Of a DNA stretch of 64,000 nt, positions 39,955 to 50,642 are shown piece after piece; within the stretch, counting starts at the first letter, position 1; every line of letters starts with the position of its first letter. A program made the position numbers and the translations under genes. The notes under the pieces were generated by a model, which ran no database searches, was not told the origin of the DNA, and saw only the letters and a list, made by a program, of their open reading frames with translations. Origin of the DNA: Zygnema circumcarinatum SAG 698-1b (taxonomy: Eukaryota; Plantae; Zygnematophyceae); NCBI GenBank assembly GCA_037447605.1, contig CM074804.1, positions 806,001 through 870,000 of the forward strand, given 5' to 3'.

Positions 39955-40401
39955 TTACGCCTTCTTGGGGGGGTTGGGGAGCTGCTTTCCTGGAAGGGGA
40001 GGAAGGGGCCCCTTGCCGGGAGCGGGAGGCTGGGGAGGAAGCGGCATCTTTCCGGGGAAGGGAGGGAGGGCTTCCTTGCCGGGGAAGGGAGGGAGAGGTC
40101 CTTTGCCGGGGAAGGGAGGGAGAGGCCCCTTGCCGGCGAAGGGAGGGAGAGGCCCCTTGCCGGGGAAGGGAGGGAGAGGTCCCTTGCCGGCGAAGGGAGG
40201 AAGAGGCCCCTTGCCGGGGAAGGGAGGAAGGGGGCCCTTTCCGGGGGCGGGAGGCTGGGAAGGAAGCGGCATCTTTCCGGGGCGTGGGGGGGGCTTAGAG
40301 CTGAGGAGCTGTCGCTCGGCATCAACATATGGCATCGCCGCCATGGCGAGAAGCACGAGGAGGACGGCTGATAGCAGCCGTGAGAGGGCGGCCATGGCCA
40401 T
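39955..40401 (-). CDS. Secreted Pro-rich repeat protein (148 aa; signal peptide, RQLL motif, GPLPPF[P/A]GK repeats)
   Basis: Single-exon ORF MAMAALSRLLSAVLLVLLAMAAMPYVDAERQLLSSK... with 27-bp tandem repeats and a good Kozak context. Confidence 0.85.
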   Translation of the reverse strand: MAMAALSRLLSAVLLVLLAMAAMPYVDAERQLLSSKPPPRPGKMPLPSQPPAPGKGPLPPFPGKGPLPPFAGKGPLPPFPGKGPLPPFAGKGPLPPFPGKGPLPPFPGKEALPPFPGKMPLPPQPPAPGKGPLPPLPGKQLPNPPKKA

Positions 40402-40742
40402 GGATGGCGTCGACGTTCTGACGAGAAGCAGAGGGCGGGCGAGGAGGAGAGGAGGGGCGACGTCTGAAGTTGCCGTCAGAGAAAGCGGGTGCGTATTTAC
40501 ACTCAACGGCAGGGCCGTACGGTACGTGACCGTCGTGAGATGTCGAGTATCTTGAATTGCACTGCGCGTCATTTGGCTACAGGCGGAAGTTTGCGCGTCA
40601 TTTTAAGGCACAGCTGCATATATCCGGAATCCAATAGATTTGAGACTAGAGACAAAAATTTAGGTTAAATCGAAAATTCCTAATCCTATATTTAATCCAG
40701 GCATTCAAATTCATTGAATCCTTTATTCACTCTTATTATAGG

Positions 40743-43700
40743 TATAGCTCCGTATTATACACTTTGAGGGGACATGCGGCCCCCCCCTCCCCGCGAACGG
40801 CGCTTCCGACCGTTGCGCCTGCTGCCGTCGCCTCTGCTGCGGCCACGTGGCAGCCCCTCGTTGTCGTTTTGTTTTCCTGTCGCGTGTCCTGCTGCATTGC
40901 TTTGTCGTTGCTGTTCGTGTGTCTTTTTGTTTTTTGTTTTTTGTTATTTTGTTGTTTTGCTTCTGATTTGCTGCGGTTTTCCCTTTTTAACGTTTTTCCC
41001 TTTGTTTTCAGACATTTTCTGCCGTAGCTTGCATTGCTGAGTTGCGCTGATCCTTTTTGACCCCTCTTTTTGTCTTTTAGTCCTTGTGCTTCCGTTTTCT
41101 ACCCTTTCCACCCTTTGCGGCCTTCCAGCCACTGTCGTTGCCTGCCCCGCTGCCACGTGGCAGCCCCTCATTTATCCCCTTGTTCTTGATGCGGCGTGTC
41201 CCACTGCCTTGCGTTTGCTGCTCTTGCTTTTGTCTGTCTTTATTTTTATCTTTGGCGTTTGTTTTTCGTTTTAGGGCTTTTTCTCTCTTCTTTCTCTTTG
41301 CTCCTTTTGCTCTTTTCGTTTGTTTGTAGGTGCGCGCCTGCCCGGGGCTCCTGCCCTCTTTTGGGCTCCATCGGTCGCGGTCGTGGCCTCCCATTGTGGC
41401 GCTAGTCTTCATCGGCGCCTTCGGTGGCCTCGGCCTCTTTCACCATGATGAGACCCTCCGACCTCCTTCCTCTCTTTCCCTCTCTTTCTGCCCCCTTTGC
41501 CCTTCACCTCATTGTTGCCTCTCCTGTCCTTCCCCCTTGCTCTTCTCTCTCCTTCTCGCCGCCCCTTCGCTTCTCACCTCTGGTTTTTCGCCTGCTTGTC
41601 GCCGCTTCCTCCTACTGCTCCCCCGCCCTGCCTGTGATTGTTGTTCGCCCCTCGACGTGCCTCTCCCCGTGATTCCTTGTGTTTATTGGGACTTGTTTTT
41701 GCTCGTGTGCCGGATGGCATTGCATGAGCGCGTTGTCCGCTCGCTCCGCCTTTCTACATACCTCGCTTCTCCTCCTCTTCTTCGCTATCCTCAAGCCCCT
41801 ACCTCTCGTAGGCCTTCCCTTTACATGCGGACCTAGTCCACCGCTGGGCGTATGCTCAGCTTCTTTGATGTCCTTGATCTTTCTTTCTGGGTCTCTCGGG
41901 CGTCTCGCTTTATGCTCGTGATCCCACGAGCTTTATGCGCGGTTTTATGTCCGTGATGGCGCTTTTGCCCTTGTTTCGCTTTTGTGTGTGATCCGTCTGA
42001 TATTGCCGCTTGGCATCTCTCCTTCTTTCCCTTTGCTTGGTTTTGCCTCGTGGTGGGGCGTTATTCGTGGAGGATTCCGCTGACGGTGTTTTCGCTGCCA
42101 GGGATTGGGAGCTTTTTGGTGTGCGGAGTACGGATCGTATTCCGCTCGCCTACGTAATTACCAGCCGCTTGCCTTCCCTTTTTCGACGCTTCGCCGCAAG
42201 AAGGCCGCGGCAAATGGTGCCGCCGCGGGAGCTCTTCTCGCGCCGCCGTGTTTCATGGGCCTTTACACCGCCTTCTTCTGCAACTCTTGGATACCTTGAT
42301 TGCTTATGACTTCTTTCACCCACCGGGCCAGCGCCCTCCCGCTGCCATTGATACTCTTTGAGCCACCGACGCTTTGTGCTTGATCGCGGTTGCCTTTGCG
42401 CTGGCGGGTCACCCGTCCCCCATTTGTTCGCCGGGGCCATCGGGCATGGCTTATGAGTTATTTCAGATGTGTTTTCTCCCATCTGGGCGCAGGGTGGCTT
42501 TGATTTGTTTTTCAGCTTGCTTCCATCATTGCTCGTGGTCGTCCTCGTCGCTCCATAGTCATCTCTTACTTCGCCGCTAGTGGTTTCTGCCAGACACGCC
42601 GGGCGCCGCTTCCATCAGCCGCGGGGTAAGGTCTTGTATCGTGGTGGCCGTCTCGTGCTATGTGTTTGTGTAGAAGCTGCAGGGTTTTCTTTTGTGATTA
42701 TTTTTCCTTATCAAAGTGGTGTCGCTACCCCCTCGCTGTGGCGGCGTCGCCCATGGCTTCGCTTAGTCGCTTTTGACCTTCATCCGATTGCGGTTTTGCC
42801 GATGTGATCTAACGCCTTCAATAGTGTTGCACGCTGAGAGATATTGGGAGTTGCGCCGAGGCTCCCCTCGCCCCTATCGCTTCTTATTTTTCCCTTTGTT
42901 CGCGCTCTGCCCTTCGCTCAGCCCTCTCCTCTTTTCCCCTTTGGCTGCATTTCAAAGCAGCTCTCTTTGGCAATCTCGGAGTCTTCGCATGGGGATCTGC
43001 ATGCAATCTCTTTGGGGTCCTTTTTGTTTGCTTTGGCACAATCTCTTCGCCAGCCAGGCGCTTTCAGCATCTGCACAGGCCTTTCCCAGTGCCTTTCCTT
43101 TCCCTCCGTTTTACCTATGCCACCGCCACATTCCGGCCTCACCGACCAGGTTGCCGCCGCTTACTCGATTTCTCGACACCGGCTTTGCAAAAATTTATCA
43201 AGCACTTTGTCCAAAAATGTTTTGCTTGGTCTCCAGTTGGTCTCCTCTTCCCTTTTGCTACTGGCTGGTATATTAGATTGCTCGGGGACGCCGCTTTTGT
43301 ATCCAAAGGCCCTGCTGCCTCCTTTTGGAGCCGTGATCATATGTTGATCAAGCTTTGTGGAGGATGCTTTGGTTGAGGATGTGTCTCGGAAGTTGATGAG
43401 TTGCCTCATCTTTCCGGGATCCTCGTGTGGCTTTTTCCTTACTTACTCGTTGTTTTGCCTTACGTCCCTCTTACCTCTTACGGACCCTCCCTTCTACCGA
43501 TGCTTTTCTTGCTTCTTTGCGATCTTTTGATGAGCGTTTATTTTTTGTGTGTCATCGCCTCTTGGGTGCGGGTATTTTTGACCGGCCGGAAGGCCCGCTT
43601 GCTCGTTTGCAAGCCTCGCTTCCTATTCTTGGCGGTTAGGGGCTTGTCCCAACTACGCGGGTTGCATCCCCGGGCTTTTTGAGTAGTTGGGCTCTTGTTG

Positions 43701-44238
43701 CTACGGTGTTAGCTTCGCGTTTCCTTGTGGATGATCGTCCGTTGCTTCAGTCCGTTGTTGCTCATGTTGATGATGGTCATCTTCCCTTCCAGATTGCTTT
43801 GCGCGCTGCTCATGGTTTGCTCCCTTCTAGTGCCCAAGCCCGTGTTCCCCCTTTTGTTTCCCTGGCTGTTGAGTCTGTTTCGCGCGTCCAGACTATTGTG
43901 ACAGAGGAGGTTGTTGCTGCTGAGTTTTCTACCCTTATTGCGGCTCTCCCTTCCGATGTTGCGCGTGCTCGATTGCGATCTTGTGCTGGTCCTGGTGCAG
44001 GGGCGNNNNNNNNNNCCAACATGTACGGACCAAGTCACACGTGTTGAGTGTTTGGCAAGTGACGTGACTTGGCAAGTGCTGGAATTTCAATATTATAATC
44101 AATCTTTGTTCAACTAAGCACGAAAATAAAAAAAAATACGTTAAATATATTAAAAATACACTGTATTTTTAAATGTTGTATAATACGCATGTATTATACA
44201 GTGTATTAATACACGCGTTTGATACATACGGAGCTATA
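40743..44238. mobile_element. hAT-like non-autonomous DNA transposon (13-bp TIR, 8-bp TSD) with nested retroelement
   Basis: TIR TATAGCTCCGTAT at 40743-40755 and its reverse complement at 44226-44238. TSD ATTATAGG at 40735-40742 and 44239-44246. Subterminal GTATTATACA at both ends. Confidence 0.88.
40765..44005 (+). mobile_element. Decayed non-LTR retrotransposon (CRE/NeSL-like RT remnants) nested in the hAT element; 5' boundary uncertain
   Basis: Frameshifted RT-like motifs: D..NAFNSVAR (~42805-42835), LG[P/S]FLFALA (~43010-43037), LARLQASLPI..GG (~43598-43640), ARARLRSCAGPGAGA (~43960-44005), then a gap. Confidence 0.65.
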
Positions 44239-44246
44239 ATTATAGG

Positions 44247-44608
44247 CCATTCTTGCGGCTGCTTCGAGGGAGGGCTTGAAGCGTTGTTGAGCCTCGGCGT
44301 AGCTTTCCGCTCCTAGCTCTTTTCTTTTTGTCGTTAGGTCCTTTGCGATCAGGTCCTCGTGGTTCCCCATGCTGATGTACATTTGATGGCATCATCACCA
44401 TCGTGAGATCAATGCCATGTCCATTTTTCTCGTCCTCCCTCGTCTTGTTTGTGAATCCTCTCCTTCTGTGAAAACGGGTGGTGCGTATATACACTCAGCG
44501 GAGGGCCGTACGGTACGTGACCGTCGTGAGATGTCGACGAAGACGAATTCCACTGCGCGTCATTTCGCGACAGGCGGAAGATTGCGCGTGTATTTTAGGC
44601 ACAGCTGC
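44247..44608 (-). pseudogene. Degenerate paralogous remnant (promoter + start) of the 39955-40401 gene
   Basis: 44480-44608 duplicates the upstream region 40488-40617. It is followed on the minus strand by ATGGACATGGCATTGATCTCACGA (MDMALISRW*), versus ATGGCCATGGCCGCCCTCTCACGG (MAMAALSRL). Confidence 0.55.
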
Positions 44609-45325
44609 GCGGGTGCACCTGAGTACGATATCGAATGACGGTGCGTCAGCTGGGAGGTGTCCAGGGCAACACTTTGTCAGGACGCGGGAGCACCGACACA
44701 AGGCCTGCCAGTTTGGCGCGAGCCAGCTCCACAAAACGACAAAATTCGTACACGCTTGGAACGGTTTGGCGGCTAGCGCGATTGCGGATGCGCATCGGAC
44801 GGCGGAGAGTGCAGCGATGGTTTGAGCACATCGATCCGTCCACACGAATGTGCCGTTTTGCCGAGAGACGCGATGCCTCTTGTACGGACGGAGCGGCGAT
44901 CGCGGACATGGGGCGTCCCCGTTGTTCCGGATCTACTTCTGCACCCGCGGATCCACGGTTCAACAAACTTTACATCAGAGCCTCGTTGGTTCTTCATTGT
45001 GGCCCTATTTTCGCTTTTCCATTTTAGGTATAATATTGTGTTGCGTCACCCCTTCCTGCGCGTGTTGCGCCCCATATCGGCGACCTTCGCGGCTGCTACT
45101 AGTGCCGCGTTGTTGAGCCTAGGAGTAGATTTCCGTGTCGAGGCTTTCTCGTTGTCTTTAGGTCCTTCGTGACTGCTCCCTCTGGTTCCCTATGTCGATT
45201 TTATCCATGTACATTTGATGGCCTTGCCATCGTGAGTTCAAACAAACATCTTTTTCCTTAGGTCACTTCCCACATCACGATTACCGAATTAAAAAGATTT
45301 GAGACAAGAGACCAGAATTTAGATT

Positions 45326-45520
45326 AGGGGGTGTCCGACTTAGCCCGGAGCGTACTAAAATCCCGAATTTAGTATACTAAAAGTCACTTATTTCGTGTAC
45401 GAATTCCGGGTCGGGATCCGCGGCTCCGCCGAACCCAGCCATACCGAAATGCGTACCTAGCCAATGCTTAATTCACCCGACAGGCATTGATTTGGCGATG
45501 TGTTAAGTCTGACCCCCCCT
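45326..45520. mobile_element. MITE, 195 bp, 17-bp TIR (2 mismatches), 3-bp TSD ATT
   Basis: Left end AGGGGGTGTCCGACTTA; reverse complement of right end AGGGGGGGTCAGACTTA. The rejoined flanks match the uninterrupted paralogous sequence at 40636-40700. Confidence 0.85.
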
Positions 45521-47039
45521 ATTAGATCGAAAAGTCCTAATCCTAAATTAAATCCAGGTTATCCAGGTCGACCCCCCTGACTGTACCAAATTCCGAGCCT
45601 GAGCCCTCCCGTCCTGACCCGTGTGGTTAAACCTCGAAAGAACCTTGAACCTTGAACCTTTTAATATTAAAAGGTATTGCGTTTTGTTATACAATGGGTG
45701 GCCAATGGTTGTCCATCCAATGGTTCTGAAGCATTCGAATGCTTGTCAACTATTGGACGCCCAACCATTGCCATCCAATGGTTCTGAACCAGTCGAATGG
45801 TTGTTTAGGTCCGGCGCCAATGGTTGGCAACCAATCGAATGTTTGGTCTAGTGGTCCGACCTGTGCAGGCTTAGCCTGTGCAGCTCGTAAGCCTCCCAAG
45901 CAAGTGGAGGCTCGTAAGGGTCCCAAGCAAGAGTGGGCCATTCAACCTCCTTTTAAACTGCTTCATGAGATGGGCCTCTTGTGGGACGAGCTGTCCGATT
46001 CAGTCCATTGTTTTTCGATTGCAATGTTGTACATATCGCTGTGGGGCTGTTTGTCTTTCTGAACCAGTACACTGGTTCGTAGATGAACAATTACGCGAAT
46101 GAACTTTCATTTCTCCAATTTCGCTTGAAGATGTACGAGCTTAAAACGGGAAATGTTCCAAGCAACGGGTTGGATTCTAATAGAAGCTTGGAGGTCAAGA
46201 GAGTCCTTATAAGTTCACACAAAAGTTTTCACGACCACATCGCAAAGCCGCTCGAGAAATATTATCAGCAAACTGATACATAACAAAGGAAGGAAGGGAA
46301 AGAAAGAAAGCCCAGTTCCATGAAAATGAAACGAACAGTAGAATCAAAATTGAAACCAATGCCAAACATGGCAACAAAATCAGATTGAAGCGGATGGCCT
46401 GTGTGCAATATTATATCCCAAAACGTTGTATCACGCGCACACACGTTACTGATTAAATGATGGCAATAACATCAAGCATCTCCTTCCATGCTGGAAGGTA
46501 TAAATGTCCCAACTTGAACGCGAAACGCTGAGACCCACAGAATACTCGATCTAGTCATTACCAGGGCAAAGCCGCAATAATGCTTGTCCAATACAACCAC
46601 GGATTAAAGTATCCAAGAATAAAGAAAAGGTCCAACGCTGCCCCAAAAGCCTCCAGTTTTTGTACGGCTGCATATTCGTTCCTGTGCTTGTGCTTCCTTG
46701 GTCACCGATTGCTCTGCCGCGGAGGAACAGACAAGGACAGTTAGGTTGGCATTCAGCACGATCACACCACCCTGTAAGTTTAAGAAAACTGCAGTGTTTC
46801 AGACAGAAACAATAACAACTAAGCAGCAACACAGAAAGCCTCTCCTTCCACTTATCAACATAAAACACTATCTTCTGACCATTGTAATCTACACCATTGA
46901 GTAGCCGGCTTTCTTATACTTTCACGTTGCAGTCCCGAATATCGGAAAGCTGCAGACAGCAGCCTTGAAAGAGCAATAAAGCAAAAAATGTAAGGGATCG
47001 GCACCCCAGGTACCTACCTCCAAGGAAAAGGCGGGCCAC

Positions 47040-47645
47040 TCAGAAACGCAAAAACCTGGGAGGTCTGGGAGGAGGAGCCGCCCTGGGAGGCTTAGGAGCC
47101 TCTACTTCCCTCGGGGGCTTTGGAGCCTCGAATGGCTTGGGGGGTTTTGGAGCCTCTACTTCCCTCGGGGGCTTTGGAGCCTCGAACTGCTTGGGGGGTT
47201 TTGGAGCCTCTACTTCCCTCGGGGGCTTTGGAGCCTCGAACTGCTTGGGGGGTTTTGGAGCCTCTACTTCCCTCGGGGGCTTTGGAGCCTCGAACTGCTT
47301 GGGGGGTTTTGGGGCCTCTACTTCCCTCGGGGGCTTTGGAGCCTCGAACGGCTTGGGGGGTTTTGGAGCCTCTACTTCCCTCGGGGGCTTTGGAGACTCG
47401 ACAGGCTTGGGGGGCTTGGGAGCTTCGACTGGCTTGGGAGGTTTAGGAGCTTCCACCGGCTCGGAGGGCTTCGGAGCCCCTACAGGCTTGGGGGGCTTGG
47501 GAGCCTCGACAGGCTTGGGAGGACGCGGGGGGTCCGGCCTCTCGGGCGTCTCGGGCTTCTCGGCAGCCACTGAAGGCAGTCCCGCCGCGGCGAAGAGCAC
47601 CACCAGCAGGGCGAGGACTCCGGCGACAGGCAGCGGACGCGCCAT
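47040..47645 (-). CDS. Secreted Pro/Lys/Glu-rich repeat protein (201 aa; ~16 x EAPKPPxxx nonamer), likely cell-wall PRP/HRGP
   Basis: Signal peptide MARPLPVAGVLALLVVLFAAAGLPSVAA; 27-bp repeats with a 54-bp higher-order alternation (REV / K[P/Q]F). Confidence 0.88.
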   Translation of the reverse strand: MARPLPVAGVLALLVVLFAAAGLPSVAAEKPETPERPDPPRPPKPVEAPKPPKPVGAPKPSEPVEAPKPPKPVEAPKPPKPVESPKPPREVEAPKPPKPFEAPKPPREVEAPKPPKQFEAPKPPREVEAPKPPKQFEAPKPPREVEAPKPPKQFEAPKPPREVEAPKPPKPFEAPKPPREVEAPKPPRAAPPPRPPRFLRF

Positions 47646-49796
47646 GGCGGTTACTCCGACGATCAGCAGAAGCAGACCCTCCCTCCTCTCTTCCCCCTCT
47701 CCTCCTCTTTATACTCTCTCGCCGTCAGGCACACCCCACTACGCCCTGCCCTGCCCAGTAAACACCGGCGTCATTTATAAGGAGCAGAGCACCTCCCTCG
47801 GACACGACCAAAGGGTACGGACGGATGCTCGTGACATCTCTCACGCAGCCAGCGGGGCTGCGGGCGGTCGCGCGGATTCAAGACCTCGCATGTGCGGTCT
47901 ATGGCGACATTGTCGCCGTGTCGTTTCGGTGATAATATGGCCAATAAAGTGGCGCCACGTCATCAGGAATTTGCAGTCCTGGATTGCCGAGCGTTGGCGA
48001 CGACGTTCGGACCGTCCGATCGGGTCAATCGCTTCAGTGGGCGTACGGATGGAGCTTTTCCGGCCGTGGGATTTGTCCACGTTGAAAATCGATTCTTTAT
48101 AAACTAGAATATTATTTTCGCTCGTGCGGCCATCCCTATGTGGCGAGCGCCGCCATGGCCGGCCGCCCGCAGGGGGGGGGGGCGCGGGGGGACACCTGTT
48201 GACTCCCAAAAACGGAGTTCAAGGGCAGTCCGGTACGGCCGGCACGCGGCGGCGGTCCAGGTCCACTGAGCGGGCCAATGTCCTGTGGAATACGGTTTCA
48301 GATTTTGTTATTGTTCCGTAGATTGTTGTTCAAGTTCTCATTTCCCATCACTTTGTCGTCTGTACGCCGGCCGGGCGCGGCCGAGCACTTCGAAAGTCGG
48401 ACGGCGGTCGGCGCATTTTGGGCTGCGGTCGGAATCCGCATCTGCAGTGTTTCGCGGATTCGGGCCGGTGAGAATGACTGAATGATGATGACGAATATGC
48501 GGACTCGTTCACGCGGAGATGGAAGCATAATAACGATTCGGAGGATACGGAGGGGACGCTCGCTGATCGTCCTGCTGCGTCGGCCAATTAAGCACCGCGG
48601 ACGGCGGAGCATGGTTGGTATCTCTCGCGTTGCGACTCGGCGAGGGCAGACTTGCCGACTCGTTGGTGGACGACCAGAGAACGAAACAGTTAAAGCACAG
48701 ATTGAAGATCGAACATTGATTCATGTTGATGTTGGAGGAGCAGAAAGTACCCGGCGAATACAACGTACTCGTTTGAGCTCAATGTAACCCTAATTCCGTG
48801 CGATGCGCAAGACATAGAAGAGTTTGAATGATGAAAATGCTGTTGCACGTCAGCACAGAGCGTCAAGTCAATGCGCCATCCTTGGCCGCAAGCCACCTCG
48901 GAGAAACCCCTCCGGCGAGTGCGTGTGCCAAGGTAGATGATGGGGCTCGACATGCCCCAAATTCTGCAGCGCACGCCCAAACCCAATGCCCTAAAACGGT
49001 TGCTGGGAGCCCTCCCCGATTCAATGTCAAAGCCGCGCCACAACATCTCCCAACATCTCTCAAGTCCAGGGCCGTGGCACCGCAGTTTTACCGTACAGCG
49101 TTTGTTCCATGCTGCAGTGACTCAGTACGAGTCCCCAACCACGCTGCCCCTGCCAACTGCCACATAGAGACAGCCGCCCGCCGCAGGTGCCTCACCAGGA
49201 GCTAATCACACAACCAAAACGAGTACTTCGGAGATAAAGCGATTCAATAACACAAAAGTACTCCATCTAAACAGTAAAAAATTCCGTCCGTTTTTCGCAA
49301 AGTCTGACATGTGTCGTTGTACGGCTTCCTCCGTACCCGCGCTGAGCGATCCTTTGTGCCAGCACCCGGTCAGGGCAGCCACATGCGCGCTATGGAGCGT
49401 TGCGTGACAACCGTCATGGAAGCACGGAATCGCCTTCACACGGGCCGGGCTGCGGCGTGTCTGAAGGCGTGCCAGTCTGGCAGGTGAAAAGAGCCAAATG
49501 CCAGCGCCAGAAGTCAACGGACGAAAGGCGAATTTCGATGTGCGGCTGTACGGACGGGGCCGGGCGGCGGCGGCAGGAGCGCGCGCAGGTGGCGGCGGCG
49601 GCGCTTGAAAGGAAGGAGCGAGAGCAGAGCAGCCAGAGCCCTCCCGCAGCACCACCACCAGCACCAGTAGCCTCCCTCCTTGGCCCCCTTCCTCTCTCCC
49701 TCCCTCCCTTCCTCCCGCAGCAGCAGCAGCCTCCCTCCCTCCATCCCTCTCTCCCTCCCGCAAGCAAGGAAGCAAGTAAGCAAGCACCCGCAGGCC

Positions 49797-50642
49797 ATGG
49801 CGTCTCGCAGAGCCGCAGCCGTGTGCGCCGTGCTTCTCTCTCTCTTCGCTTGCGCAGCAGCGGGCGGGATGGACGCCATCGAGGCGAACAAGCTGCTGGG
49901 AGAAATGAACAAGAAGCTGAATCGAACGCTGTACCTCCCCTTCCTCAACGCGTACTTCGACTCCTGTGAGTGCAGCAGAGCGGCAATGAGCAACCCTTAC
50001 CTTGGCCGCCTTTGCAATCGTCCCTCAGCTGCTTGCACACGTTCAGTGTATGGCGGTGCGCTGACCCGCCATGGCTGCCGCCTTTCTCTCTCGGCGCAGC
50101 GGCGCCCCTCGCGCTCTTCGAGCAGCTGACGGCCGGCCACAAGGTGACGCTGTTCGTGCCGGTGCGGGGCGCGTTCGAGCGGCTCGACGCGGCGGTGACG
50201 GGGAAGGAGGCCTTCGGCGACCTCGTGCTGCACAACGGCATCCGCGGCGACTTCGTGTCCTGGTCGGCCTTCCAGAAGGCGGCGGTGGGCTCCTACTGGA
50301 CCTCGACCTTCAAGAACCGGAAGGTCTACAAGCGCGCCGCCGACGCGATCTCCGTCAGCGCCTCCGCCGCGCCCGCCAACCAGACGGCCACCGTCAAGCA
50401 CTGGAAGGTCTTCCGGAAGGAGGGCACGCTCGTCGTGCACGGTCAGCCCTCCCTCCCTCCCTCCCTCTCTCTCCCTCCCTCCCTCCCTCCCTCCCTCCCT
50501 CCCTCCCTCTCTCCCTCCTTTGTTTGTCGCTTCAGCAGCAGCAGATCCAGGGGAGGGAGCGGCGTCTGCCACGTGGCACTCACTCACGTTCGTTGGGGCG
50601 TTTGTGGGTGCAGGTGTGGACTACTACTTCGTTCCAGAGTAG
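49797..50642 (+). CDS. Secreted single-FAS1 (fasciclin) domain protein, 3 exons
   Basis: Signal peptide; H1 motif VTLFVPVRGAF; LVLHN; H2 motif LVVHG|VDYYFVP*. Canonical GT-AG introns at ~49966-50099 and 50442-50613. Confidence 0.8.

Noticed and set aside
39886-40555. Plus-strand Gly/Arg-rich ORFs (PGKGGRGPL repeats)
   Set aside because: Antisense frames of the GK-repeat gene, with no signal peptide or independent support.
45690-45846. CCAATGGTT-rich degenerate direct/inverted repeats
   Set aside because: Too short and degenerate to assign to an element without a genome-wide search.
47040-47060. C-terminal FLRF resembling FMRFamide-type neuropeptides
   Set aside because: Single occurrence with no Gly amide donor; likely coincidence.
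47137-48102. 321-aa GGFGAST-repeat ORF (nucleoporin FG-like appearance)
   Set aside because: It is the antisense shadow of the Pro-rich gene, which has the signal peptide and Kozak ATG.
48100-49100. Possible Helitron end (ACTAG + CGCTCG...CGAGCG) and GC-rich ORFs in the PRP/FAS1 spacer
   Set aside because: The hairpin is weak, there is no matching other terminus, and no recognisable protein motif.
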